DNA from: Ascoidea asiatica JCM 7603 | Taxonomy: Eukaryota > Fungi > Ascomycota | Length of the DNA stretch: 64,000 nucleotides | NCBI GenBank assembly: GCA_001600695.1 | Contig: BCKQ01000009.1 | Coordinates: 266,913 to 330,912, forward strand | Direction of reading: 5' to 3' | Shown here: in pieces, positions 46,383-59,200 of the stretch | How positions within the stretch are numbered: the stretch's first letter is position 1 | Layout of the letters: each line of letters begins with the position of its first letter | Position numbers and translations under genes: made by a program | The notes under the pieces: generated by a model | Database searches by the model: none | What the model saw: only the letters and a program-made list of their open reading frames with translations | Told to the model about the DNA's origin: nothing

Positions 46383-47060
46383 TTATTGCATAAATTGTAA
46401 TTCTTTTTGTTTTTTAGCAGATTTCTTTAATTCCGAAACCTCAGATTGAGTTGCATTATAACTAGCATTGACTTGATTATAAGGATTCTCAGGAGAGGTT
46501 TGAAACTCTTTGAATATAATTTCTTTAATTTGATTCAATCTTAAGCCTTTTCTTTCAATTCTTAATTCTGGAATTCTTTTTTCTTCATAGGCAGCTAAAG
46601 CAGCTTTGAACCTTCTTTCTGGATGTCTATCAATATCTTTGGATTGAACCCCACCATCTTTATCTAAAAGATCTAAAGCATCTAAAGCAGATTCAACACC
46701 GGAGGCATTCAATATTTGAGTATCTTCGCCTTTCAAAAAGGCGTCCAAGTTACCAGTTCTCCTTGCTGCAACTTTAGCTGCACCTCTTTGTTTTGCCTTC
46801 AAGGATTTAGTAGGTAATGAAGCTTCTTCAGATTTCAAAAGTTCCTCTCTTTCTTTCTTTTTTCTAAGAGCTTCGGCTTTTTTAGCTTCTTGTTCTTCTT
46901 TCTTCTTATTTGGTTTTTTTGAACCTTCAGACCATTCAGAAGATAGTTTTTGTTCCTCTCTCTCTAAGTCTTGTTGATGTTTTCTATTTGCAGCTTCCGC
47001 TTTTCTGGAGTTACCAGCAATTTTCTTGACATTATCTCCTTTTTTATTAGTTTTACCCAT
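46383..47060 (-). CDS. LSO2: CCDC124/Oxs1/Lso2-family ribosome-associated coiled-coil protein
   Basis: Basic N-terminus, W.EG.K, and C-terminal DRHPERRFKAA..YEE...GLR..Q..SPENP.N. Confidence 0.85.
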   Translation of the reverse strand: MGKTNKKGDNVKKIAGNSRKAEAANRKHQQDLEREEQKLSSEWSEGSKKPNKKKEEQEAKKAEALRKKKEREELLKSEEASLPTKSLKAKQRGAAKVAARRTGNLDAFLKGEDTQILNASGVESALDALDLLDKDGGVQSKDIDRHPERRFKAALAAYEEKRIPELRIERKGLRLNQIKEIIFKEFQTSPENPYNQVNASYNATQSEVSELKKSAKKQKELQFMQ

Positions 47061-47581
47061 TTTTAAAATACGTTTAATTATGAAAAAGAACCAAAAGAAT
47101 AATCTTTAACTAAAAGAATTTATATATCAAGATCAATTTATAGTGCGCAGAAAGAACGTTTTCTATCGCCAGCATCGCAGCGCAAACCGACCCATCTTTG
47201 TTACCATTGCCTACAAACACCCCTTAGGATATTACCCTAAAGGGCGTTTCCGAGCAACCTAACCGGAAATAAAGAATAGCAATCAAATAGTTAATAATGA
47301 ATGTGCTTGATGATTTTTATCATGACTTTTTATCTTATCAGTGGAAAGAGTTGGAATCTTAATCGAAAATGGCAAAAAAATTAAAAAAGGTTTTTCTTTA
47401 GTTACTATTGTTTAGGTGACTTTTTCAAAGTTTTTAAAAAATAGAATAATAAATAAAGTTGGTATGGTAGAGCTATAAACAAGAAAATTTAGGAAAAATA
47501 ATAAAACAAGAAAACTAAAAAAATTATTATACAAGTTGAAGGTATTTATTTAACAATTTCATATAATACCAATTAAATTCT

Positions 47582-48682
47582 TCAAATAGAAGCAAAATCA
47601 CCAATTCCTGTTCCAGACAAATCTTCAACTGGATTTTTATTATTAATTAATTCAACATTTTCAATATTATGAACCAAGATCTGATCATGATTCAAGTTTA
47701 GTTCAAATATAAAAATTCCGGAAACTGTTGTTTCTAAATTAATTTTATTGGAATTCGAAATTTTCAATTCATCAATATTTTGATTATTTTGATCATTTTG
47801 ATTATCTTGATTATTTTCTATATCTTCGAAATTTTTGAAATCTTTTGTTTTAGTTTGATTATTAGTATCAGTTTTAAGATGGACACAATTATTGTTACAT
47901 GTTCTCCATTTAAACATTATTTTAGTTGTCCATGGAAATAACCCATATTTTTTGATATTTTGAAAAATTTCATTTTCATTTGTATAATTTAGCATTAATT
48001 CATCTTCAGATAATTGATCAAATTTTGGAAATTTTGGATTAGAAAATGATTCTGAATTACCATTTTTTTTAAAGGTTGAAGGAATCCCTAATAATGGAGA
48101 TTCTATAATACTTATTTGATTTATATGAATTTTAATAAATTTATGATATTTAAAATTTAAGAATATAAAATTTATTAAAAAGTATCTTAAAGTTGCACAA
48201 GTAGCAAAATAAGATAGTCTTCCTTTAACAATTGGCAAATTTGGATAAGAATTTGGTAAAATCCTTAATATTATATTATTTGATAATTTATTTTTATCAA
48301 AAGAGTTTTTTAATAAATCTGGTACAGATTCTTCTAAATATAGTAATAAATTACCAAAATTAATCAATCTTTCTTGATTTTTTTTACAATTATCAAAATT
48401 TGGATCATTCTTGTTATTATTAATATTATTTTTCACTTCTTTTTGAAATTTTTTAAACGTTTCTTCAAATTTGTAATTTTTATTTAAATTTTTTTTCAAG
48501 CCTGCTTTTGATTTTTGGATTAAATTTTCATTCAAATGAGTTGTTTTCCTAACATTATGAATATCTATATCTTGTATTTTATGGGTAGTTTTTCCAATAT
48601 TACATTTTATAATTGAATTAGTAGAAAATAATCTAACAATTGTGCTTCTTTTACAGTAATTTTGAAAATAAATTAGCTTCAT
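47582..48682 (-). CDS. Uncharacterised probable mitochondrial protein, Mco32 (YGR053C)-like
   Basis: Presequence-like N-terminus; LRILP..P..KG..Y and SGIFIFELN..I.VH.IENVE segments. Close to the Fmp48-like kinase, as in S. cerevisiae. Confidence 0.6.
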   Translation of the reverse strand: MKLIYFQNYCKRSTIVRLFSTNSIIKCNIGKTTHKIQDIDIHNVRKTTHLNENLIQKSKAGLKKNLNKNYKFEETFKKFQKEVKNNINNNKNDPNFDNCKKNQERLINFGNLLLYLEESVPDLLKNSFDKNKLSNNIILRILPNSYPNLPIVKGRLSYFATCATLRYFLINFIFLNFKYHKFIKIHINQISIIESPLLGIPSTFKKNGNSESFSNPKFPKFDQLSEDELMLNYTNENEIFQNIKKYGLFPWTTKIMFKWRTCNNNCVHLKTDTNNQTKTKDFKNFEDIENNQDNQNDQNNQNIDELKISNSNKINLETTVSGIFIFELNLNHDQILVHNIENVELINNKNPVEDLSGTGIGDFASI

Positions 48683-49373
48683 TAACTTAAAATTTCAGTA
48701 AAATCGTGTGAAAATGAATTCAGCATAAAAGTTATGAATGTTTAACTAAAATTCCTTAAATAAGTTATATTAATATTGATTTATTATTAATATCTGAATT
48801 TTTAATTGAATGTGACCATTGAAACATTGACTTTTGATAATATTCAGCACTTGATTGGAAATAATTTAACATGATTGATTGTACTTTTTTAATATATTCT
48901 GGAATTCAAAAGCATTTGTCAATGAGATCCGACTAAATGATCCCTTATTCAAAGAACAGTATCCCAAGAAATGGTCGGTATCAGTTCGGAATATGATAAA
49001 AACTCATCCAGAAACACACGTGCTTCCACCTTCCAAGCTTGCCAATAACTGACGATGAATGAAATTACTTCCCGTAAAGTGCAAAAGTTAATTTATTTAT
49101 TGTCATTCGAGGGAGAAAGAGAAAGTTAATCAAGAAAATTGTCAATAGAAACTTAAGAGACTATTCAAAAATTAAATTCTTGTTTACTCAAAAAAGACTT
49201 TAACACATTGTACTAAATTGAGATTCATTGTTAAATATTTTTTATCCTTAAATAATTATAGATATAGGTAGATTTATTAGAAAAGTACTTTCTTTAAAAA
49301 TCAGTTTTTATAAGTTAATCTCATTACAAAAGACGTCAACGGAATTTGATAAGCGTAAAATAACTTCATTAAA

Positions 49374-50246
49374 ATGTCAGACCAAGATGAAGTATCACAA
49401 TCAAGTGTGTATGATCCGGATAATTATATTCCAACTATCGATGCCATATTAGGAGTATCTGATTTACAACAAATAACAGTGAAAAAAATTAGAAGAGCTT
49501 TACAATCATTATTTTCAATAGATTTAGAACCTTTTAAACAAGATGTAAATAAAGTTATAATGAAAAGATATTTTAGATTATTAGAAATAAAACAAAATCC
49601 ACCTCCTCCACAACCTCAAGTTATAAATCAAAGTCAGTTAAAAACTCAAATTCTAAAGGATGAAAAATTAGCCGCTCAATTACAATCAAGTTTAAATAAT
49701 AGATCGTTAAGAGAAAATTCAAGTAAAATAAAAAAGAAAAAACAGACAAGAAAAAAAGCAGTAAAAAGTGAAAATTCAACACCAAATACAGGAGGTTTAT
49801 CCAAACCTTTATTATTATCTCAAGAGCTAGGTAATCTTTTAGACTCTAATGATAAATTAGCTAGAACTGAAGTTGTTAAAAGAGTTTGGCAATATATAAA
49901 AGCAAAAGATTTACAAAATCCAGAAAATAGAAAAGAAATTTTATGTGATGAAAAAATGGAAAAGGTATTTGGTAAAAAAGTTACAATGTTTCAAATGAAT
50001 AAAGTTTTATCAGATCATCTTTTTAAAGAAGATGAAGTTATAATGAATAAAAACAATGGTAATATACCTGTAAATTCTAATTCGACTGTCATAAGTAATA
50101 ATGGAAGCGATAATATAAATAATGATACTACCACTAATATGGGTCATGCTATTGTAAATGGTAATACAAATGGAAATATGAATTTGAATCAAATATTAAA
50201 TGAGAATAAAGGTGATCCTAATAATGATTCAAGACTTGTAAATTAA
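49374..50246 (+). CDS. UAF30: Uaf30/Tri1: DEK-C plus SWIB/MDM2 domain protein
   Basis: YIPTIDAIL...ITVKKIRRALQ and LARTEVVKRVWQYIK..LQNP.NRKEILCDEKM..VF...MFQMNKVLS.HL. Confidence 0.9.
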   Translation: MSDQDEVSQSSVYDPDNYIPTIDAILGVSDLQQITVKKIRRALQSLFSIDLEPFKQDVNKVIMKRYFRLLEIKQNPPPPQPQVINQSQLKTQILKDEKLAAQLQSSLNNRSLRENSSKIKKKKQTRKKAVKSENSTPNTGGLSKPLLLSQELGNLLDSNDKLARTEVVKRVWQYIKAKDLQNPENRKEILCDEKMEKVFGKKVTMFQMNKVLSDHLFKEDEVIMNKNNGNIPVNSNSTVISNNGSDNINNDTTTNMGHAIVNGNTNGNMNLNQILNENKGDPNNDSRLVN

Positions 50247-51199
50247 TGATGATGTATAATAATTTTTTTTTCATTTTTTGTTTTCTTTTCATCTTCAATT
50301 CTTTATTTTTTATTTTTATTTTCTCTGGATAGATAAATAGTGATATCAACTAAAGTTTTCAATATACTCTATGTTTTTTTGATAATCTTACTTGTTCTTC
50401 TTTCTTCTCTTTTCTTCTCTATGCTACTTCTTTTTTCATTGTTCATTGATTTCAATTTTCTTTGTTAACTTTATTAATTTTAGTTTAACTTTGTTCTTTT
50501 TATAAACATAATATATTCTCTTTTTACTTGATTCTTTTGAACTTTTCAACAGATACTCTGACACCCATAGCTTGACTTCCAACTTTGAGGGTAAGATTGT
50601 AGTCAAGATGCTTTTGCTTCTTCTGCTGGCTGGGTGTCTAATGCCATAATCACCTGACATGGCCATGTCTGATAAGAATCTCTCCACAAACTGTGTCTGA
50701 TTTTCAAATACCATAACAATGTTACTGTAAAGCTACTGACCGGAAGATGGCCTTAGTTCTGGTAAAACATTTTTTAACTGCTACCGTTATTAATAATCTT
50801 AACCTAAGATTCTTAAGTAAACAGGCCTAGGGTATTTATCTTATTATATTTTGTTCAGTTACTCTACTGGTACAGTAGCTTTAACAGCCTTGTTGACTTA
50901 ACGGTGTAATATTCTCCAGAACACATACTTGGTTTAGGTAGGCTTAAGCTAACTTACCTTGATCTAAGTGTTGGTTAGAAATTATTGAATTCAATTTTAT
51001 ATATTGGTGTTTTGTATCTTTTTCAATTTAATCAATTGAAAAAACCATAAGAATTAATCTAATATATCTTTAATTGGTATTACTTATCAATATAGAAGAC
51101 CAAATCAAAAACAAAAGCAAAAATAAAAACAAAACCGAAAATAAAATGAAAGTTATGGTTCTATGAACAAAAATATTAAAATTTCAATTAAATCAAAAT

Positions 51200-54100
51200 A
51201 TGTATCAAGCAACAAACAATAACTTACAAGCTTCATCACTGTTACAAAATGATGAAATTTCTCCAACAAATTCTTTTACTAATTTGAATATTGATAATGA
51301 ATTTGATTTATTAAATGTTGATAAAAATGATTTACTTAAATATATATTATTTGGTGTATTGTTAGATTATAGACTTCAGACTAGATTTAAATTACCAATT
51401 TCTTTACCTAAAAAATCACCTGGATCCAATAATCCTATTCAAAATACTAATCGAAACTCTTTCAACCAAAATATAAATCAAAATATTAATCAAACTATCA
51501 ATCAAAGTTTCGGTTCAAATAATTCTCAATTCAATCAAAATCAAAATCAAATTCAATCACCTAACTATCAACAACAATCTTCTGTTGCTCCTCAACCTCC
51601 ACAGCTGATAGTAAATAGAAAGACTTCAGTATTAAGTAGATTCAAAAGAGGAAAAAATTCGGAATCCAAAAGAAGCTCTTTTCAACTCCTATCATCCCCA
51701 ATATCGGATAGACATCCTTCACCTCCATTATCAATACCTAATTCAATTCCTTCAATAGGAGCATCTAATCAACAAAATACCCCTTCAAGAAATCCATTAT
51801 TAATTACACCTGAATTTTCAATAGCTATTAGAAATGAGTTAACATCAATCATAAACTCAAATCTAGAATCTTTTATATTATCTCCAGTTACTAAATTATC
51901 ATATTCCAATTTTTTATTAACTTATTTTGGTAAAAATTATAATCCTTCAAAACCAAAAAATATAAATTATCTTTTATTAAAATTTTCTGCAGATACTAAA
52001 AGTTATCTACTTAAACAAAAAATAATTTTCAATAATCCTAATTCTTCTCATTTAACTGAAAGATCAAAAATAATTTATTATAATGAAATTCATTCTTTTG
52101 TTCGATTATTATTTGATTTACTAAGTAATTCAAAATTACCAAATAAATCTGCTTTATTAGATTCATTAATTCAATTTTCTCAATCTCAAACTGAACAAAT
52201 TGAAACTCCATTAACGCCAGTGTCTTCAATAACTCCCGTATCTCCAATGTCTCCAAGTTCTCCAACTTATTCAAATCAAAGTTCTTCAACTAACTCTCTT
52301 ACTGGGCTAGGCTTAGCTTATAAAATTCCTTCATTTAATTTAGATGATATCAATTCTGCCAAATTAATTCAATTCATTTTCAAATTAGATTCAAATCAAA
52401 TCCAAAACTTTATTTATGATGTTAAAGATTCTTCATCAGAAATTAACTTTAAAAATAATTTATTGGAATTTAAGAAATTCCCCTTTTATCAAGCTAATGA
52501 TTTTGATTCAGTTACTCTTTATAATTCATATTTACAAAATTTGAACAAAAATATTGATTCCCTCATTAATTCATTTATTCCAATTACAAATATTTCTAAA
52601 GACCAATTAAATATATCAACTTTTATTTCATGTATTCCAACAAATGATTTTAAAATTTCTTACATGGTTGAATTTATATCTTTATGCCTTGAATATGATT
52701 CTTCAAATATACCTTTCAATAACAATAAAGTTATTTTATCTGATACATCTATTGAATTAATTTTTAGAATCTCTAAGTATTGGTTAATAGATTATTCTTT
52801 ATTATACTGTTTAATATTTAAAGCTGTACACAAAACTACTTTAAGTAAAATATCTAATATAACAATGTATAATGCAGTATTATTAGAATTATTCAAACTT
52901 TGTGAAGATAAACTAATGAATTTTTATTCATCTTTAGTAGAGTTAAATGAAAACAATGTTACTGAAAATTTATCAACTCTTTCTAACTGGATAAACTTTG
53001 ATAGAAAGTTTTTCCTTCATAATTTTACCCAAATATTTCATTTTTATAATAAAGAAATTATTGACTGTTTAAAATTTAATAATCTTTTCCTCATTTTAAA
53101 TCCCAAAATAAACCAAGAAATGTTTGAAAATGATAAGCTTTATAAGATTCTTGAAAGTTTATTGTTTCTAGAAAGCAAGCCTGCTTTCCAATATATCCTG
53201 ACATCACCAGTATATATTAACTCTATTAATAGCCTAAAAACAATTATACGAGGTATTTCTTTATCGAATAATAAAAAACTTTGGGAAATTCTTTTGACGG
53301 ATTTTACATTAGAAAGTATTCGAAATCTTTTGAGTCAAATTATACTAGAATTAACTAACTGTCAAGCTTATTCAAATTTTATTTTATCTAAAGGCTATGA
53401 AGGCTCTTATTTATCATTAGTTTCTCAAATTCCAGTTGAAGCTGCATATGTTTATATTTCATTGTTTTCTGTTGAAAATACTGTGAAATATATTTTAAAT
53501 GGATTGAAAAATTTTCTTTTGCAATCATTTCAAAAGGCTAAAGAAGAAAAAGATTTTCATTTATTACTTTCAAATTTAAATGAATCAATAACAATTTTCA
53601 ATTTACTAATTCAAATAAGATTCATCTATAATCAAGTGATTAATTTTAATGGTAATCGTTCATTTCCCTGTTCTATTGAAGATTTTTTTTTCAAAGAATT
53701 AGACTCAATTAGAAATGATATATGTAATGGTTACATTTTACAACTTGTAGAAAAAGATGATGAATTAAATAAAGGAATAATGCCAAATAATAAAACTGGT
53801 TATTTAGTGACTTCTTCAGCAATGGGGGTTGTTAATAGAATTATTAGTGAACCTATAGAAATTTTAAAAAATGTTAAATGGAATGATGAGAGAATAATTG
53901 CACCATTATATGAAGCATCATTAAAATGCATATTTAATAGCTTAAAGTATTATTCTGTTATAATTGGTAATCTAATAAAAAATAATAAAACAGATTTAAA
54001 TAATAATAATATTATGAAATTTTTTAGCATAAAAGAAAGTATTTTGAATTGTTATCAAACCTTTATGACAGAAATACTTTATAATAATCTTTCTCTTTTG

Positions 54101-55123
54101 CCCGATGAAAATTTATCAGAAATTTCGTGTCATATATTAAATAATATTGACTTTGTAATGAAATCTATGGTCTTCATTAAAGAGAGTATAAATTTAGATA
54201 TTATCGCAAAGATTATCAATCAAAATATTGAAGAAGAAAAAAGGAAAAATAATAATAATGAAAATATATATAATTTTAAAACAATTATAACAATACAGAT
54301 TAAAAAAATTGAAAATATTAATGAAAAGTCAAATATTAATGGAAATATTGATACATATATTAAATGTAAAAATCAAAAATTCAATTCAAAAAAAATCAAT
54401 AAAGAAATTGGAGAATGGAAAAATGAATTTATGGAATTTGAATTTGATAAAAATGAGTTAAAAGTACCTTTAGATTTTTCATTTATTATAAATGAATATA
54501 AATTTAATGATAATAAAGGAGTTATTTACGGTATGGGAGATTTTATTTTAAGTGAATTTGAAAATAAATTAATTAAAGAAGAAGAAATATTAATAAATGG
54601 TAGTAAATTAATAATTGATATAAATATTGAAAAAAAAAATTTGGATATAATAAAAGTTTTTGAAAAGTCCTTTAGAGATATTTTCAATAGTTATAATGAA
54701 ATTTTAGAAATTTTATTATTCAAAATTTTAGAAAGTTTAAAACTTTGTTTTTCAAAAGAAATTTTAACAAGTGGTAAATTCACATTTTCATTATTAGGAT
54801 CAAAAATTAAAGAAGATTTACAAAAAATAGAAAGTAATTTAAGTAAAGATAATTATAGGAATCTAATTTTAAAAATTTGGGAAGAAACTTTAATAAAATT
54901 CAAAAATTTGTCAAAGTTTCTTAATATTGAAGAAATTAAATTTGGCTTTAAATGGATTGAAGATTTGATTAGATATCTTTTAAACTATTCAGTTGAAGGT
55001 ATAAATAATATTGAAAGTTTTAAAAATAATGAAAATTATAAGGAGATTGAAAATTTTATCAAAACTTCCAACCAAAATAATGCCCCTAATCTTTCTCGCA
55101 GAAGAAAACCACCTCCAATTTAG
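51200..55123 (+). CDS. Divergent paralog of the downstream Munc13-homology/C2 protein
   Basis: Colinear motifs shared with 56247-60404: DYRLQTRFKLPI, PSFNLDD, ISKYWLID, IRFIYNQV..IEDFFF, WNDE and CHILNNI. Confidence 0.75.
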   Translation: MYQATNNNLQASSLLQNDEISPTNSFTNLNIDNEFDLLNVDKNDLLKYILFGVLLDYRLQTRFKLPISLPKKSPGSNNPIQNTNRNSFNQNINQNINQTINQSFGSNNSQFNQNQNQIQSPNYQQQSSVAPQPPQLIVNRKTSVLSRFKRGKNSESKRSSFQLLSSPISDRHPSPPLSIPNSIPSIGASNQQNTPSRNPLLITPEFSIAIRNELTSIINSNLESFILSPVTKLSYSNFLLTYFGKNYNPSKPKNINYLLLKFSADTKSYLLKQKIIFNNPNSSHLTERSKIIYYNEIHSFVRLLFDLLSNSKLPNKSALLDSLIQFSQSQTEQIETPLTPVSSITPVSPMSPSSPTYSNQSSSTNSLTGLGLAYKIPSFNLDDINSAKLIQFIFKLDSNQIQNFIYDVKDSSSEINFKNNLLEFKKFPFYQANDFDSVTLYNSYLQNLNKNIDSLINSFIPITNISKDQLNISTFISCIPTNDFKISYMVEFISLCLEYDSSNIPFNNNKVILSDTSIELIFRISKYWLIDYSLLYCLIFKAVHKTTLSKISNITMYNAVLLELFKLCEDKLMNFYSSLVELNENNVTENLSTLSNWINFDRKFFLHNFTQIFHFYNKEIIDCLKFNNLFLILNPKINQEMFENDKLYKILESLLFLESKPAFQYILTSPVYINSINSLKTIIRGISLSNNKKLWEILLTDFTLESIRNLLSQIILELTNCQAYSNFILSKGYEGSYLSLVSQIPVEAAYVYISLFSVENTVKYILNGLKNFLLQSFQKAKEEKDFHLLLSNLNESITIFNLLIQIRFIYNQVINFNGNRSFPCSIEDFFFKELDSIRNDICNGYILQLVEKDDELNKGIMPNNKTGYLVTSSAMGVVNRIISEPIEILKNVKWNDERIIAPLYEASLKCIFNSLKYYSVIIGNLIKNNKTDLNNNNIMKFFSIKESILNCYQTFMTEILYNNLSLLPDENLSEISCHILNNIDFVMKSMVFIKESINLDIIAKIINQNIEEEKRKNNNNENIYNFKTIITIQIKKIENINEKSNINGNIDTYIKCKNQKFNSKKINKEIGEWKNEFMEFEFDKNELKVPLDFSFIINEYKFNDNKGVIYGMGDFILSEFENKLIKEEEILINGSKLIIDINIEKKNLDIIKVFEKSFRDIFNSYNEILEILLFKILESLKLCFSKEILTSGKFTFSLLGSKIKEDLQKIESNLSKDNYRNLILKIWEETLIKFKNLSKFLNIEEIKFGFKWIEDLIRYLLNYSVEGINNIESFKNNENYKEIENFIKTSNQNNAPNLSRRRKPPPI

Positions 55124-56246
55124 ATAATGAGCTTATTAATTTTTTTTCCCTTTTCTTTTTTCTTTTTTCTTTTTTTCTTTTTTACTTTATTTCTTTATTT
55201 CTTAATATATATATTTATTCATGTACATTACTTGATATAAATTTGTTGATTATTGATATATAGTTAGAATGAATTATTCAAACTTTTTACAATGAAATTT
55301 TCATAACGGATTGGTAGATATACTATATTACTTACTAAGAATTTTGATTTTATAAAGTATACTGTACCCGTAATATCGTAATATTTAGACTCACAGCTTT
55401 CTACCGGTAGCTTAATCTAGAATAAGCCTGGATAAGTTAAAAATGTGAATATTCAGTGAACATTGCATTGGAAAAGTACTTTTAATAACAAATTACCATT
55501 AAATTAAGAATCAGAATAAGAATAATAATATTAGTAAAAATAACAAAAATAACAAAATAACAAAATAACAAAAAAAACAACAAATCAAGAGTTCAAGTGT
55601 TACCTTTATGAATTTTACCGCTGTCATGGCCGAGGAGACTAGTTCAACGACCCTGGGAAAGTATTAAATATATCCTGTTTTTTAGGGGTTTTATATAGAT
55701 CCAAAAGCGTAGTGTTGGGGAATGCAAGAAATGCGCTAAAATGGATTCTATAGCCTCGGGGAACTGGCTATTTATCCTCTGTCAGAACTTTGGAAATTGG
55801 CCCATTGCCTCGTCAGCCAGAACAAATCTTCATCAAAACAAGCTGGAGCGGTGAAGGTCTCCTCGTTGAAAAGATCTTGTTGTGAAAGAATCAACAACAG
55901 TAGCTGAAACCATTCTTTTTCTTGAGATTGAATTATTTCAAATCTGCTTAATTAGTATTTAAATGGCATTCCAGAAACACTTTTTATTCTCTGGATAATA
56001 CATATTCACTCAATACCATAACCTTTGCTAGATAGTTTCAGTCTTTCAATCAAATTCATATTCACCCTATAATTATTCCTTTTTTTATATCCTAATTTCA
56101 ACCTATATTTCTTTTCCATAAAATTTCCTGGCCAATTCAATTCAATTCAATTCTCACAAGTTATTTGGAACTGGAGAACCATATAATCAAATATTCATAT
56201 CATCAATAGATAATCATATATATTATTTGTTGTTATTTAAATTAAA

Positions 56247-59200
56247 ATGTCTATTCTGAGACAAGGAAGTCTAAATTCTCAATTTTCTGATATTTCTGTA
56301 ACTGCGAGTTTGAAGGAATTAGTTTTACAAGATGAATCAACAATAATTGATGAATCTGATTTATATCAGCAGGTCTTAAAGTTTGCAATATTCGATTATC
56401 GAAATGAACCAAGATTCAAAATTCCAATAAGAAAATCTTCAAATACTACTTCTACTACTACTACTTCATCTTCTACGTCAACTTCGCTATCTCAATATTC
56501 TCATTCAAGAGCTGCTAGTTCCATATTACATCCACATTCTGCATCTTCATTAACTCCAAGCTATACAGATGATTCTCAACGTGATAGTAGAAAAACTTCA
56601 AATAGGCGATCTTTTATGAGAGACAGAGAAAAAGATAGAGATAAATCTCCACTGAGATATAGTACTTATAGTAGTAGTAAAATTATGGGTCATCTTGGGT
56701 TTTTATCTGATAAGAATGATGATACTAAATTATCAAAAGATACAATTAAAAATTTAAGAAAAGCTTTACAAGATAAAATCTTTGGATCTTCAAAAAATAA
56801 TAATTATACTCCAACAACAAAAAGATGTCTAGGTAGTTTAGTTAATACTTTATTAGAAGCTGATTTTATTGAAAATGTTAAAACTCCTGGCTTTTTGGTT
56901 TTAAGATATACGTCTCTCGTTAGAAAAGAATTTATTTCAATGAAATTATTGGATGATCCCAAATCTCAAATGTCAGAAGAAACTAAAGAAGAATTTCATA
57001 ATCAAATTCAAATATTTATTAAAATCTTTATTAATGTTTTAAGTAAAGAAAAAAATTCTGAAGCTCATATTTCAACTTTGAAAATATTACAAGAACAATA
57101 TAATAATGAAGATTCAAATCATCATCAAATTCCTGCAATAAATGCACCAACTTCTTTTATTGAGGAAGAATTTTTACAACCTTCATTTCTATTATCAGAT
57201 ATGGCAACTGCAAAATTTGTTGGAAATTTATTTGAAGTTGATCCAATAACTTTACAAACTGATATAGAAAAACTAAAAAATCAATGTACTGAATCTTGTA
57301 TTCAGCATGATTTTAAAAAATTATTAAATAATTTAGCTTTAGATAAAGCTTCATATAAAAAAGAAGATTTTGATTCTTTAGAAGATTATCAATCTTGGAA
57401 AAATCATGAATCTGAAGTTTTAACTTCAATGTTAGGAAAAATGAAAATTTCTGGAACTTCTATAGAATCTGATTCTTTTTTATTTTTACCTTCAACTCAA
57501 GAAAAATCAAGATTATATTATTCAAAATTGATTGAAAAATGTATTTTATTTGATTCTAATAATCCGACATTGAATAATATATTTTCCAATATTTCAATTG
57601 ATTTAATTGAAGATATTGCAAAATATTGGAGAATTGAATTTTCTGCAAGATGTTCTTTGATTTATAGTGCTTGTCATTGTACTATTTTATCAATAAATTC
57701 TACTTCTGATTATATTTCTAAATCAAAAGATGTTTCAGTCATTTGTCAGCGTATAGCTGAACAATCCGGTGCTGAATTAGATGCTACTGAATGGCCTGAA
57801 TTGGATAGAAAATTATGGATAAAAAATTTAGTAATGAGTTATGTTCAAGTAATGGAAAATATTAAAGATTGTCTTTCGAATATTTTTTCATTTCCAAAAT
57901 TTACCATTCATACTTCTTTTCTCAATGAGTTAGCTTCTGATCCTGCATTTGAATATATTCATAATTCTAAGCTCCCTAAAAAATGGATAAAAAATTTTAA
58001 ACTTGCTTTAAGAGAAGCAACAATAACAGAATATAAAGATATTTTGGATTCAGTACCAAAGGATAAAACTTTACAGTTATATCATGTTAATGATGTTGCA
58101 GATAAAATTATAAATCTTATACAAACAATCCAAAAAAAATATAGTAAACCTTTATTGGGAGAGATTTACCGTTCCACATCAATTGCAAGACATTTTCTAA
58201 CAGCTTTTGCAAATGATTCAAGAAGTATGTTATTACATATAAGAAAAAATATAAATAAAGATGATATAATTCTAGGGGAAGCTATTACATTATATAAAAC
58301 TATGACAGAAATAAGAAGTATATATAAACAAGTAACTGATAAAACTACATTTTCTTTTAATTTAGAAGATTACTTTTTTAGATATGCACTTGATTTTGTT
58401 GATAATAGTGCCCAAAAAATCCCTATATTTATAAAAAATGCATTTGAAGGAGATGATTTTTCATTACCTAAATTGGAACCTGAAATTAATTCAATAGAAG
58501 GTTTAACTCCTGAAATGAAAGATAAAGTTGGAGATAAACCTTTGATTCAGCGTAATAGAATAAGTTTTTCTGTTACTTCTATATTTAAAATAATAAATCA
58601 AACAGTTTCATCTATTAGAGATTTACAATGGGAAGATGAATATCAAGAAGCATTTTTATATACAAATTTAGTTAAAGTTATTTCGGATGGATTAGTTTAT
58701 TATTCTAATTTAGCATACTCAATGGTTGAAAATGATTTAAAAGAAGTCCAAGATACATCAGATATTTCATCAGAAAAAGATAATGAGGAAGAAGGAACAG
58801 GAAAGTTTTTACTGAATATTCGGGCAGCGGTAAGTATGAATAAAGTTACACCGCCCAAGCCATTTAAATTTAAATCTAGAACATGTGTTGCTCTTAATAA
58901 TTTACAGGCTATTCTTGATCATATAAATCAGTTAGATAAACAAATAAATCCCGAAGGGATATCTAAAATAATAAAAGAAAATGATGAAAAGTATGAAGAA
59001 AGAACAAAAGGTTATTTGTTTTCAGTCCGAGTTGTTAGAGCAGAAGGATTAAAAGCTAATAGATCAAATGGCTTACCAGATACTAATGTTTTAATTGCAG
59101 ATGCAATTGAAAAAAAACAAATTTGTAAGACTAATATAATTAAAGAAGATAATAATCCTGAATGGGATGAAGAATTTGAGTTAGGAGTACCAGTTGGAAA

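Noticed and set aside
50951-50962. ACTTACCT resembling the U1 snRNA 5' end
   Set aside because: No U1 stem-loops or Sm site follow.
55620-55660. tRNA-like A-box (TGGCCGAG) with GTTCAA
   Set aside because: No cloverleaf, no acceptor stem and wrong spacing.
55990-56005. CTGGATAATAC resembling a TPP riboswitch P5 loop
   Set aside because: Lacks the closing CAGCG and upstream CUGAGA core, and there is no thiamine gene nearby.
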